DNA of 64,000 bases from Chrysomallon squamiferum (taxonomy: Eukaryota > Animalia > Mollusca). A program made the translations under genes and the position numbers. Under the pieces are notes generated by a model. That model had not been told where the DNA came from, did no database searches, and saw nothing but the letters and a program-made list of their open reading frames with translations. Positions 13,189 to 27,089 of the stretch are shown here, in pieces (the stretch's first letter is position 1; every line of letters starts with the position of its first letter). The stretch covers positions 25,358,001-25,422,000 of the forward strand of contig CM022673.1 of NCBI GenBank assembly GCA_012295275.1. The letters are read 5' to 3'.

Positions 13189-16100
13189 ATGTTCAGACGA
13201 TTGATAATGGCAGCAGCATCGAATTTCAAAGGTTCGTTTATTGAACCCTTTAGCCGTTTTGGCTTTTACTAGCCAAAGTTAACTTGTTAAGGCTTTGACA
13301 GTATGAGTATGCTGCATGATGTATATAAACATTGGTTTTATTTTAAAACCGTAATGGTAATACAAATTTGGATTATGTATATACATATATAAAATACTGG
13401 CAGTGACATTAATGAATGAAGTACAAGTATTAAGTCAGTAATATTTATATACACTTGAGTCCAGTCATTACAAATAACGAGTATTTTTATTGGCTCACAA
13501 GACTAAACTGAACCAAATGAGGAAAAGATGAAGATACATGAACTTAAAAACAAAACAGTGGAACCTGTCATAAGTGTTAAGAGAACTTCGTTAATGTTTG
13601 CCATTGGGTAATGATGAAAACTTTTGTTTGGCCTGTGTTGCCATTGTATTTAGTTATTAAGGTGGTGCTTGATGTTACATAGGTGATAATTTGTAATATT
13701 ATTATTTGTTTAGACGTGTTGGTACATTTGGTTTTTCTTCTTTGCCTAAGTTTTGATGATGATGACAATGATGCTAATAATAATAATAACAATATCTTAA
13801 TAAAAATATAATATTGATGAATAAATTTTATTCTGTAATTCATTGATTTTTAAAAATTCTCTGAATATTTATTCTATCTTTGTAAAAATGTTTTTTTTTT
13901 TTTTTTTTTTCATTCAGCAAAAGTTGTCACAATGGAACAAGCTAAGCCTCCCTTGAACAAAAACAGATTAGTTGATTCGAAGAGCACCCCAAGTTATAGG
14001 ACTTCATCTCTTACTAAGGAAATGGCAACCTTAAGCTTAAATAATACACACAATCTGTACAGCCAGTAAGCTTTCTTCTGTTTTCTTTTTTTCTTTTTTT
14101 CTCTTTTAATATATATATAAATAATAATTTGGATACATTATAAACAGTTAATTAATCCACTTTTCTAAACAACTGTGGCCATCATATGTTTGCTTAAACA
14201 ATTATCTGACAAACGAATGGTATACTTGCTCTTGCATGTACTTTGATGTTTTATTATTTTAGCTAATTTAATATTCAGTTAAGTTTGTTTTCCAACATTG
14301 TTTCTAAACTATTTCTAAACAAGTTTAGGGAGTATTCAGTACATGTCTTTAGTGTGTAACATGGAATAATGTTTAAAGAGCAATTAATGTAAATAGCACA
14401 GATACACCATATTTACATCACTTAACTTACATAAATACACTGTAGTGTATCTATAATCAGGAATAAACATGTAATAAGTAATTTACTAAACAATATACAG
14501 TAAAACACCCATTGATCACATTCATCCATCCAGAATGATGAAACTACAAAACAGAAAGGGTGTTAGCTGAAATGTTGTCCCTCATGCTGATGTATGTGCA
14601 GATTGGTGTACACGGTGTGAACATGTAGTGTAATCTTGATGAAAATTTAAATGTATTTCAGAAAAAGGTTCAGCAGTAATGGAAAATCCTTGAAATATTT
14701 ATCAGATGTGGCTAAACTGATCAGTGATCAGAAAGTGAAAAATGTTGTTGTTGTAGCTGGTGCTGGTATTAGTACCCCAAGTGGAATTCCAGATTTCAGG
14801 TAACATTAATTATATTTTGTTAACATCATTCATTCATTTGAAATGCCAACATTATTGGGATGTTCACTTAATCAATTGAAAAACAAATTTTGTAAGCACA
14901 CACAAACACAAACACTCATATGTATGTATGTATGTAGGTTTGAAGGTTTGTATGTATTTATATATCAAGAGTTTCAAAGATTATTTGTTCTAGTTATAAC
15001 TACATGAAAGACATTATTTCTTTTAATGGTCTTTTCTTTTTCTTACCAATCAGTTTCTAGTGGTTTGATATACATTTAAATTTATTTAACTTGTTATTAA
15101 AATCTGATTAGATTTATTTATATCTGATTAGATATTTTAATCTTCACTGTTACAAAGTAAACTGTTCCAGCTGACAGATTCTAATACTTCGTGTTTTTGA
15201 ATTATTCACAGAACACCAGGAACTGGAATCTATGATAATATTTCCCAGTACAGAATACCATATCCAGAAGCAATTTTTGATATAGACTATTTCTTCAGAA
15301 ATCCAAAGCCATTTTTTGCTTTGGCCAAGGAATTATACCCGTCTGGAAAATATCAGCCAAATTATATTCATTACTTTGTTCGGCTTCTTGAAACAAAAGG
15401 GCTGCTACTGAGAATGTATACACAAAATATCGATGGTCTTGAAAGATGTGAGTTGATTTTTTTATTTGTGAAATCTTTATTAAATATTTATTTGAAATGT
15501 GATATTATATGTACATATACTGGGTGTTAACTCTCTTGCTCAGTCTATCATTGATACACAATGATTTAAGGACCAGTCTGTAAAAAGTATTGATTAAATA
15601 TGTTTCCAAAGTCTTAAATATTATTGAATTGTTCTGTTGGAATAGCTAATTTTTAAATTTAAATCGTTTTTTTTTATTAATGTGCACTCTGAATTCTGTC
15701 AGTGCAGTTCAGTTGCATGTAGAATAAGGCCTGGTGAGAATTATCATTAATTGTAAAAAAAAAACTGATAACGTGTTGATGTTGAGACTGATGGTTTGGT
15801 GATAAAGAAATACATTTACATAGTTTTAAATAAATTATGATATAATGATAGAGGACAATCAAATCATTCATTAGTTATGCATATCAAATATTCTGTAAGG
15901 AAAATCCTGTGCATTTAATATCAGCAGTGTTTTATTAGTAATAAATTTGTAGATGCATTCAGCGCTGATATTACATTTAGATATAAGATAAACAGTAGAA
16001 AACAATTTAATTAAATGTCTGGATGACTTCCGTGGGAAAAGAAAATATTGATTCAATTTATTACACATAAGAATTTTTGGAAATGATGTACTGACTAAAA

Positions 16101-17510
16101 TGTGATAGAAATCAAGACGATGATAATTTATTTATATTTTGTCAAAGTGAAGAAAAATGACAAAAAAACAATAGCTGTGTTGTTTTTCTTTGTTCAGGAA
16201 TAAAGTCACAAATAGCCATATCTTTTCTAAGTATTCACTGAATATCTTGATTTTAATAGTTAATTTTTCAGATTAATTATTTGTCAGTATATTTATTCAA
16301 TATACTTGCCATTGGCAAATCAAGAAATTCTTCATAAGATTAAATTGAAAAAAATGTAAATTTATCAACATACATTTTTTTATATATATATATTTTAAAA
16401 TTGTTTCTTAATTTATTATTTTGGTTTAATTTTATTATTATTACTATATATTTTGTTTTCTTGTAAAAAGTGATATTTCTGTACTAGTTTATTTTTCAAA
16501 GTGGCAGGAATATCTCGTTCAAAACTTGTTGAAGCTCATGGAACATTTGCAACTGCTACCTGTACCTTCTGTGGACAAAAATACAATGGACATGACATTA
16601 AAGTAAATAATTTTTACTTTTATTAATATCATTTTAGGGAAACAATTTTTTTTTTTTTTTTTGTGCAAGCTATTAGTAACTAACAACTATATAGAATGAA
16701 CTTTTTGAATTAGTGAATATTTGTTCGTTGCTGTATAAACAGATTTGTTGTTTTATTTTTACAATGATGATATTAGACAGAACCTTTTAAGAAGTAACAG
16801 TCATACTTGACATTAATTTTCAGGAAAAAATCTTCACCGACATATTACCACGGTGCACACGGATTGGGTGTATGGTGAGTTGTAATACTCTGATTTTTTT
16901 ACATTGAACTGTGTTAGAGAAATGTAAGAATATCAATTCAATGAATTATAGTTTTTCATGATCTTTGAAAACAATTCACGTTAACTTTTCAAATAATAAG
17001 TAAATATTTATTATTGTGCTGATAGAGTTATTTAAAAGATTTTTGTTCTTTTTTTTTTTGTAACATAAACAATTTAGTAAGAGAATTTTTTTTCTGCAAA
17101 ATATTAAACCCCTGATTATTACTGTTCGTGTTAATTTTTTGTCCAAATACAAGAGTAAAATGAAAGCTGGAGGTCTTGAATCGTAGCTTTTCTTGGATTA
17201 TATTCATGAAATGAACTGAATGAAAATACATGTATACAGCATTCAATTTGTGGAACAAAAATGACACCTTAACACATCTTCTTTTTAATGATTATTAGAC
17301 ATTAAATATAAACAGTTTTTGTGTAATTAAATGAAAAAAGAAACCCATTCTGCCATTTAAGATCCACCTTTACTGGTTATCCACAAAGATTCTTTTATGT
17401 ATATCTTTCTGCAGATACTAGCTGATCATAAAACATCTTAATTCTTAAAACTTATATCAGAGATTTTACAGTTATTTAAGAAATAAAGAAAGAAATCACA
17501 TATATATAAT

Positions 17511-17551
<41 letters not shown>

Positions 17552-20500
17552 TGCACACACACACACACATATATAGTTAAATATCGCTATTTACATTCAG
17601 TTTATGAAGTAAACTGTGTTGTTTCCTGCAGGGTACAATTAAGCCTGATATTGTGTTTTTTGGAGAGGATCTTCCTAAGCGATTCTACAATTATAAAACT
17701 GATATGATGAACTCTGACATGGTTCTGGTGATGGGGACTTCTCTAGAGGTATTATTTAATAAATTAATGAATATGTTCTGAAAAATGAAATTACATACTG
17801 GGTTTTCCTCTGATATGCTGCTGCAGACTGCATATTGACTGATACACATAAATAAATCAGCAGGCATTTGCATACTGCACACTATCTGTTCTAAGGATGG
17901 CAACATGCTTTTGTTCACCAAGATCAATATCAAAATATCAATGAAAAAAATGAATCAGCAGTTCAATCATATTTAATATTAATACATTCTGATTTTATTC
18001 AGTTTCATGTTAGTGTTAAGTCTGAGGTAGAAAATAAAAAACAAGATTCAATATTTCATTGGACCAATTTATCAAGACTTTTTATAGCATTCAAATCAGC
18101 ACTCCATCAAGATCTAACTACTCTTGATACTGGAATGTTCAGAGCATATTATAATTTGATACAAATTCTAGAAAAGAAAAAAAAATAATACTCTGTTTAT
18201 TTTATTGAAATTCACCATTTGTGCATTTTGTTGTTAATTTTAGAGAAAACTATTCTGAATTTTTTCTTCTTTTTTTGTTTTTTGAATAATTTTTTTTTTT
18301 TGTAGGTATATCCTTTTGCAGGGATTATTGATAATGTACGTTGGAATGTACCTCGTATATTATTCAACAGGGAGTCAGTTGGCCCATTTTCTTACAACAA
18401 AAGAACAAGAGATCTGGTCGCAGAAGGTTTGTTTTTAATGTAATTTTCATATTGATTGAAAAATATTTACTCCAGTTTATAGGAATAAAAAAATTAGTTT
18501 GATCTAATTTATAAAATATAGATTATAGTTTCAGTGATTTTTATTTATCTGATTTTATGGATATAAATTTTTGTTAATAAAAATATGAGTTTTGTTTAAA
18601 ATAAATGTCTCTTTTCTGCTTCAAACCATACCAGTATGTTTTGATAATAACTTAATTACGATATATGCATACACCACTTACTTGCATATATACATTTAAT
18701 TAAATTGGATTTGGTGAGTTCTGAATTTGTTGTTTTATATTGCAATGTACAACTTTTAATGTGAGAAGTAAATAAACTTTTTTTAATTTTTAATTTTTTA
18801 TCCTACTTGCAGGTGACTTACTGCAAACTGTACAGAAGTTTGTCAACATGATTGGGTGGAATGAAGACATGACAGAGTTGTTAAAAGCTCGTGAGGTAGA
18901 CAAAAATGTGAGTGACTGACTTTATTTTCATAGCATTCCATACAGTTAATATCTGGAGAATATAAGAAAAGAGATGATGCATTATTTCTCATTTAAAGTT
19001 ATAGTTTTCCTATAGCATCTTGGGCATAATAATTATCTGAAAAAATAATTTGGTTGGAGTTTTTAAGTGTTAAAACATAATTTTACATGTATGTATATAT
19101 GTAAAATTATAGAGTTTTTAAGTGTTAAAACTGAATTTTACGTGTATATATATTATATATCTATATATAGATATAGATATATATGTATATATGTATACAC
19201 TGAATTTTGGTAGATACATCTCCTGTTTTCAGGACAATCTGTGCAAAACTCTTCCAGATGATTTAATTTTTACACATTAAAATTATTTTATTACAGATAT
19301 TTTAGCTCAGACCAGATGGATAGCCACAAGTAATTTTTATCCTCATTTTGTTGTGCATGTTTTCATTTTGTTTTGGAAAGATTTATTTCAAAATTAACTT
19401 AGATTGTCATCAGTGCTTAAATTATGCTGAAAGATGCATGGTTTGTGTTCACTATATTTTCATCATTTCAGACTAGTTCTGTACGAAGAGACATTCAAAA
19501 TGTCACTTACGTTCCTGAGTACAGTACTTCAGGAACAGTGAAATGTCGGCTTGACCGGGTAGATGAACATTTGTGCTATTGTCACTGTTCTGTGTTTTGT
19601 GGAGAACAATTCTTTACAGAATTAACTGCATGCTAGTTGCACATTTTTATTCTATTTGAAAAAAAGCATGCGTTCATCGTATGTTGTTTTATTCTATCTG
19701 AAGACAAAGCATGCGTTCATAGTATGTTGTTATTCTATTTGAAAAAAAGCATGCGTTCATCGTATGCTGTTTTATTCTATTTGAAAAAAGCATGCGCTCA
19801 TTGTATCTTCTTTTATTCTGTTTGAAGAAAAGCATGCATTCATTGTATATTGCAGTGTAAATAACATTCACTTTTATTATGTGTTATGAAAAGCACAGGT
19901 ATTAGTCAGACCTAATAACACAATTATTTAAATAATAATTTTAAAAATGTTTTTATTATTATTATTTTCTTCTTAATAACCATGCAAGAATAATTAACAA
20001 AATGTTTGATTACTAACCTTCACATATATACAAATGTTTTTTTTTTTTTTTTTAAATCCTGAAAACAGGAATTGGTGTTAAAAATCAGAAATGTATAAAA
20101 GTATTTTAAACATAAAAAATGACATTGTATAATATTTTAACTTGCGACACAAATAAAAAGAACAAAAGGCATTACTCTATGATCAGTGACAGAAGATGTG
20201 GGTTGGGATGCATTTTACTGTAACCTTGTTTAACTTTATCATCCACAGGAAAATTGTCAAACTGTCTGATTAAAGACTAGTTACAACATTGTTCCCATTA
20301 TTTTCATGTCAATAATTTGGAAGATAGGGAAGAAATGATTTGTGTTAATGTGACATACTCTGTGCAATTAGACTAAACATACAGAAAAAAATTCACAGTA
20401 TGTTACATAATTCTACAAAATGTATTTTTATTTGAAACATGAACAAAAATCTAAACATTTCATACCTTTCTGCTGTTTGCAGTGTTGTTATATGAGCATG

Positions 20501-22317
20501 CATCACATAAGAACATGTTATATATGTGAAACTGATATCAACTGTAATGTTATTTTTACTTGACATTTTCTGCTTGTGGCAGTACAGATAAATACCAGTA
20601 CATTTTAAAAAAAAAACTAAATTCATTGCTGTTGCTTTGTCATCTCAACAAATCAGTAAAATCAGAAGATCAGTGACATTTTAATATGCAGTTAAGATGT
20701 TTTGTTTGTAGCACCTTCTTTGTTTGAAATGTCAACAGTTATCCATGAATCACTTGCACTGGTGTATATTGTGTTGTTCAAAATATTTTGTTTTTATAAT
20801 TCAGTTTTTATAGATATATTTTTACAGATAATTTTTTTCAGTCATACTGGTTTCTAATTATATTACTTTTATTACCTGAAATATATCAAATAATAAAAAA
20901 ATAAAAAAAATAAAAAATGAGTGCATTGTGCACACACACATTTGTGTGTGTGTGTTTGTGTGTTTTAATGAGTTTTCAAAATTCTGCAAAATATATGTGT
21001 GTGCTCAGAAGACTTTATAAATTAAATTTGATTACATTACTTGATTAATATTTATGAGTTTTGTCATTTAAATAATTCAGAATCTTGTTTACTGTCAGTT
21101 CTAGTGAAATTAAATATCTATACACAGGCAATTATATTAGTACAAGGTTTACTTTGCCAGTTGATATTTGTGATATTTTAAGACACCTGCTATATTTGTT
21201 ATGATATGTTTAAATATTGATGTCATTTTTAATTTAAAAATTTAATTTTTTTTTCAGTTTTTCTTTTTTGAATATTATCTGAAGTTAGTAATACGAAAAT
21301 GTTATTTTACAGGCTTCTGCCCCACCAGTTATGCAAAGAAAGGAATCGTCAGTATCTGGGGTCAAAAATAATAATGCCACATACAGATGGAGACAGAACA
21401 GTGGAAGTTTTATTCGAAGAACTGCCTACTCTTCCAGCAGCACTGAAGACAGTAGTTCTAGCTCTGAATCAGAAAGCAGTGAAAGTGAAACATCGGACAG
21501 CGATGAAGATGAAAACGATACTAAAAAACAAAACGGTCGTATGGGAAATAGAGGCACTAAAACAGAAGTGCCATCTAGAAAATTTAGTACCATTTCACAC
21601 CCGAAAAATGATAGATATAATAATTCCAGAAGGATGAAACCTCCACTTGGAAAATGGATGTTGAATGAATCCAAGGATACTGATAATTTAGTTAAAGTAC
21701 AGAATACAAAATTACAGAAGTCAGACACATCTTCAAAAGAGAAACTTAATGAAGTAGAATCACATAAAAGCCTTGTTGCAAATAAAAGGAAGTCCCTGAA
21801 ACCTTTAAGAACTAATAGTGGAAAGTCATCGAACAGTGAACAAGATAGAAAAGTGCGGTCACAGGAACAAAACATATTAGTTCAAAGGAAAATTTCTTCA
21901 AAGCAAACAGAAACACAGAACAGTGATGTACATGGAGATGTGGTCCATACAAGGTCCAGAAGAAATGGTGAACAGGAAACACAAGCAGAAGAAACAGATT
22001 TTTATGAAAAGGAAAATTTATTGAGACGCCTAAATTCACAGAAAAAAGAAGCCTCTGCTTTAAAGAAAATATTTCGTACGGAAAAAGAAAATTCCCTTAC
22101 TGAAATTCAGTTACAGACTAATGGCACTCGACCCAGTAAAAAGATTTTACCGGAAGAGTCACCATTCACTGATGCTGTCAGTTCCAAACAGACAAAACCA
22201 GCAGAACATTCTCAGTTAATTTCAAAGATACCCAAAGAACTGCCTGCAATAAGACCACCAAGAGTCAATAAGTCAAGCAAAGAGAAATATTTATCCAAAA
22301 ATCAGTTTTTAATATGA
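13189..22317 (+). CDS. SIRT3: Class I NAD-dependent deacetylase, SIRT3-like, with long low-complexity C-terminal extension (~680-710 aa)
   Basis: Exons 13189-13231, 13918-14065, 14662-14799, 15212-15447, 16502-16602, 16824-16874, 17632-17748, 18306-18426, 18813-18907, optional 19472-19558, and 21313-22317. Motifs present: [40 protein letters not shown], Zn ligands [30 protein letters not shown]. The N-terminus [14 protein letters not shown] resembles a mitochondrial presequence. The catalytic core is secure; the joining of the terminal exons is inferred. Confidence 0.88.
17512..17569. repeat. (CA)n microsatellite
   Basis: Directly visible, in a sirtuin intron. Confidence 0.9.
19644..19852. 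repeat. Minisatellite, 5 copies of a ~41-bp unit
   Basis: Unit is approximately TTTTATTCTATTTGAAAAAAAGCATGCGTTCATCGTATGTTG, head-to-tail with no spacers. Confidence 0.9.
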
Positions 22318-23921
22318 GTAGAAAGTCTTTACTACATCAAGGAACCTCAGGATTATCCAATTCCACTAGAAATACTCCTGTCAGAGATCTGTCCACGCCA
22401 AAGGTTTATCAAAGGATCGGATCAGCAGAAATGCCAAGACTTCAGACAAGAGAAAAACAACAGGGGTCATCATTCAGTGATACAAACTGTTCTGATAAGA
22501 AGCAACACCATTCAGAAGGTTTATGATAAAACTGATCAGTCGTGTTTTTGTTTAATTCCATCTTCTTTTTTTTCAGTAATGACTATGAAAAGTTCCTGAA
22601 CTAAGGAAAATAAAATAAATAAAATGGAAAAAAATAATATACATGCCAGACTCTTAGCTATGCAGATGAATGAAATAGAATAAATTTGTGAATGGCTACA
22701 AATGTGAAGTGTACTGTATAAAGTACATGTGTATTTACTGCTAGTATTATTTGTTATTACATTATAGTACTATTTTTTTATTGTGTTAATTCTTGCACAA
22801 ATGTGAAATCTTTTTAATATAAGGTTTGCTGATACCATGCAACTGAAAAATCAGCACTTTGTCAGATTAAAAATAGATTCAGTAATGAATAAAAAATGAT
22901 AATAAATGAGAAAAAAAAAAAAAAAAAAAAATGGAATGAATATTTTATTCTGCCATTACCAGGCATCAAGATGTTGACATAAATATGGAATAGTCTAATA
23001 AAATCATAGTTCAAGAAAACAATGTTCAGTTCATCAAGGATTATGAATAATTAATATACAGATTTAAGGATTTAGTGCAGGAAAACCTCCAGATTCATCG
23101 ACAAATAGACAAGAAAATAGAGTCCACCTTTTGGATGCAGTTTCCCTTGTACATCCATCTTTTATGTCCAGCTATGACAATCAGCATGATAGTGACGCAA
23201 TATATGTATTCCATCAAATTTTTATTTTTAGTCAGTGTTTCTGCATTATGAAAGTTGATACTTTTTAGTTTTTTTTATCAAGGATGGGTTAAAAAATACC
23301 CTCACTATTCAAGAAGTATTCATCCTATATTAATTTATAATAAATCTTTAGAAAACTGGATATTGATTTCAGTAATTTGCAATTATGATATTCATTTTAT
23401 AACGGTGAAATTTATCAACCTAACATTTTATTGAAATGTATATTTTGGGCTATGTTGAGAAACCCATTTTTTTGTATCAGTTTAATTAATTTATAAATAT
23501 AGTTACATTTTTAAGATAATATAAATGAGGACTTACTTGTAACAAAATGTATGTAGGTGAAAATTGTTACAAAAACTGAATTGTCTTACAGATTGATAAA
23601 TACATACTGTGTGATAGAAACTGGCTTGCCCTAAGAAAATGTATGTATTAATCAGATTTGTATTTTATACAAGAAATGCATGTCTGTGTATGGTGGTTTG
23701 AATTATCTTTCATTTATACACCTGAAAGTAACATTAGCAAGCAAATAAGTGAAAAATATAATTTCATGTTTGAAATTATTTAACATAGAAGGTGCTTATA
23801 GAAATCATGTAATGTGTAATTCACTTCTTTTTTTTCAAAATTATTCATTTATGAGTTACTAATAATGTTAGAAAAATTTGTTTCAGATCTCATTAAAGTG
23901 AATGGTAATAAGTGAATTTTA

Positions 23922-24020
23922 TAATTTATACACAACATTTCATACAAAGAATGTGTGTGTTTTGTGTTGTGATTTTGTAATTTATACACAGTATTTCATA
24001 CAAAGAATGTGTGTGTTTCA
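23922..24020. repeat. Two-copy direct repeat (~56-bp period)
   Basis: TAATTTATACACA..ATTTCATACAAAGAATGTGTGTGTTT occurs twice. Confidence 0.8.
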
Positions 24021-26206
24021 TGTTTTGTTTATAAAGTTTCTATACACCATGATAATGTGTGATGTTTAAAAGTATAGGAAGTGAAAGGAAAATGAATTAG
24101 TACAAAACTTAGAAACGTTTTCTACCTAAACTGTTTAAATATTACTATTTTATCTTGTGAATAAAACTTAGTTCTTTTTAAAAATTACTAAAAAAAATAT
24201 ATATTTTTTGTATTAATAATAATAAAATGTATATAAATTGTTTTTAATTTTTAATTTTTTTTTAAATGATATTCCCAAAGGCAAAGATTACACATTCCTA
24301 ATTTATTACTTAAATAGATTAAATTTGTTAATGGCTGAATTGAAGATTATATCTCAAGTGTACTGTGTGAAGTTTGTGTGTATTTGGTCAGTATTACTGT
24401 CTATCATGTTACACTATTCATATTTTATCTAATTATTTTAATTATACAAATATGAAAGATCTTTAAAGAAAGAAACTTTTGTTAAATATTTATTATGTTA
24501 ATAATAATAATAATTGAACATAAGCCATAGATAGAAGGATAAATTAGTGCCATGTCTTTATTTTAAACTAACAACCGGTGAAAAATAAATATCAGATCTC
24601 TGACAAAGATTATTGTTAATGTTTTGTTTATCTTCTTGCAAATGACACTGAAAGAGTCAGTGGATGATCATGCCTATAGACACATACAGTATAATGTTAT
24701 CTATCCAAAAAACATGGCCAGCAATTGCATGAAATTTTGTGATAATATTATTACTGTAAAGTATTTTATAATTTTGCCCGTAAAGTCTTTGTATTGTTTT
24801 CTCATAAACTTTTTCTCCATTTTGTTGAATATCCATAATAATATAAAACATTGAAGCATTATAAAAAAAATAAAAATAATAATAAAAGTAAAAATATAAT
24901 AAAGCAAGACAGTTCAGTAATAATTATTATTTCTACTTTTCATGTAGGAATTCATTAAAATTGCAGCAAGTCATTATATTATGTCATTTATTGGCTTTCG
25001 ATCATTATTATGTTAAAACATTTGTAGAATTGTTATTTATTTTATGTTATTTGACAATCAATGTTAATGATTCAGCTGTAATACCATTTGTTTTGTTTTG
25101 AAGTGTGTGAATTAGACTTGTATAATTATGTATTTTAAATAACAATTATATATTTGTATCATAATTTATTGTAAAATAGAAGTATAACAACACTGTATAG
25201 TAAAATAGAATTTAACTATTAAAAAAAAATTGCATTGTTTGTTTTTCTCATTAATTTATTTATAAAAAATGTTTCTCATTAAAATAAATAATGTTTAACA
25301 CTTTGACTTATTTTTGCTGCAATTCATAGGCATTATCAGCCAAGGAATGAAATTATTTGATCAGGAGATACTGAACTGAGCTTGATTTCAATGGGATTTA
25401 TTTTCATTTTGGTTGAGAAATTTTTGAAAGTTTCACCTTTTTTCTTGTATTTATTATTTTCAAATATTGGTGATTCAAATAAATTATAATGCTTCCAAGA
25501 TGTCTTGTTATGCAATTTCATTTATTCATTCTATAATATTTTCTGAACAATAAAATGTATGTATATAATAATCCAAAAGCAACAACAATTTGCTATGTCA
25601 CATGTATTTATTTTGTATACATTCGTGTGTCCCTAAAACCTGTGACTGAGATGGTAAACTATGCAAACATATTTTTTGTAATTTATTTATCTTTCATTCA
25701 GAAAATAATTGTTAGAAATTGGATATGTTATTAGCCATTTACATCGTGAAGAAAGCAAGTCGATACAATCAAGTTAAATACATTTTTATATTTTGATTTA
25801 GAATGCAGTCAGCATAAATCACAAATTATTAAATCATTATTGCAATTTCCTTCATTGATAATAATAATTTATAGATTAACTACATCTTTAAAAAAAAATC
25901 TTTTTTTTTTTTTAAATTTATGATTCTTGCATTTTCAGTTTAAATTAACATTTTCCTGTTATTATTCAAATCCAGAAAACGTATTTACTACATGTAATAA
26001 ACAAATCTTTCATTACTTCAGTCTTGAATGCATATTATATTTTATCTTTCTCAAATTATACAAATGATGTAAAAATAATGTTTTACTTAAAATGAATTTA
26101 ACTTAAAAACAATTTTTTTAATAAAATCTGCCATCAAAAGATAAAACATAGTTTAAAAGTTACACAAATTCCTTTTTTTATGTGAGAATATTTCTAACAG
26201 AAATAA

Positions 26207-26237
<31 letters not shown>

Positions 26238-26474
26238 AATTTTGAAAAGGAACTTGATGATAGAGTAAATACCTTTGACCATCAGATTAGTTTTGTATTC
26301 CTATGTATAAAATGAGGGAAAGCAAGATGAATGTCTTTATTTAATGACATTTTGACATTTTTAATCTGCAGTTTTGTAAAACATTTGCTAAAGATCAGTG
26401 AGAGAGAGAGAAGAAACCTGATACCGAAAACAAACAGGTATCTGTATTCACATTCCCTTAACCAGAAAATATTC

Positions 26475-26870
26475 AACAAAAAAATTTTAGGCTGAATTTA
26501 CAAAAGGTAACCTGAACATGTTTGTCTTAGATAATGCAACTGTTAAATGCAGACATAAAATCATACCTGTATACACTAAGCTGAACACCTGTGTATCTTG
26601 TAGTTAATAATAGATCAGAATACGATACTTCATGTTGTTCATGTATATTACGACTTACATATGATAGCAGTATTTCAGGTTTTTCACAAACAATGAATTA
26701 CCACAGCAAAATATTTTAGACTGAATTTATGAAAGGTGATCTGCATTTATCCTATATTATCAAAAGATGAATACATGCAACTTCATATCTGCATATAACT
26801 TGTACTTACAACACATCAGAGTGACACTTTATACTTTTCATGTATATTACCACTTACGCACGACAACACT
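26475..26870. repeat. Diverged tandem duplication (~200-230 bp period)
   Basis: TTTTAGRCTGAATTTA..AAAGGT.A.CTG and ATCAGA...TTCATGTATATTAC.ACTTAC each occur twice in the same order. Confidence 0.65.
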
Positions 26871-27089
26871 ATGCAGTGTTATAATGACCATAGCGAGAAT
26901 GAGTTTACTATATTTAAAAAAATAATTCATATCATTGATAAAGGTAATGGTATATGCAGTGTGTAATTAAAAATATTATTTGAAATGAAGATATTTTCAA
27001 TGCATACCCATTTACAAAACTGTAAAACTCCTACATACATCTATACCTTTGTACCAGAAAGATGTCTTAAAATAAATGTTAAAAAAAAT

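Noticed and set aside
19644-19852. CRISPR-like array
   Set aside because: The units are contiguous with no unique spacers, there are no cas genes, and the context is a eukaryotic intron. It is a minisatellite.
21426-21875. 149-aa antisense ORF
   Set aside because: It is the shadow of the low-complexity sirtuin terminal exon and has no independent motif.
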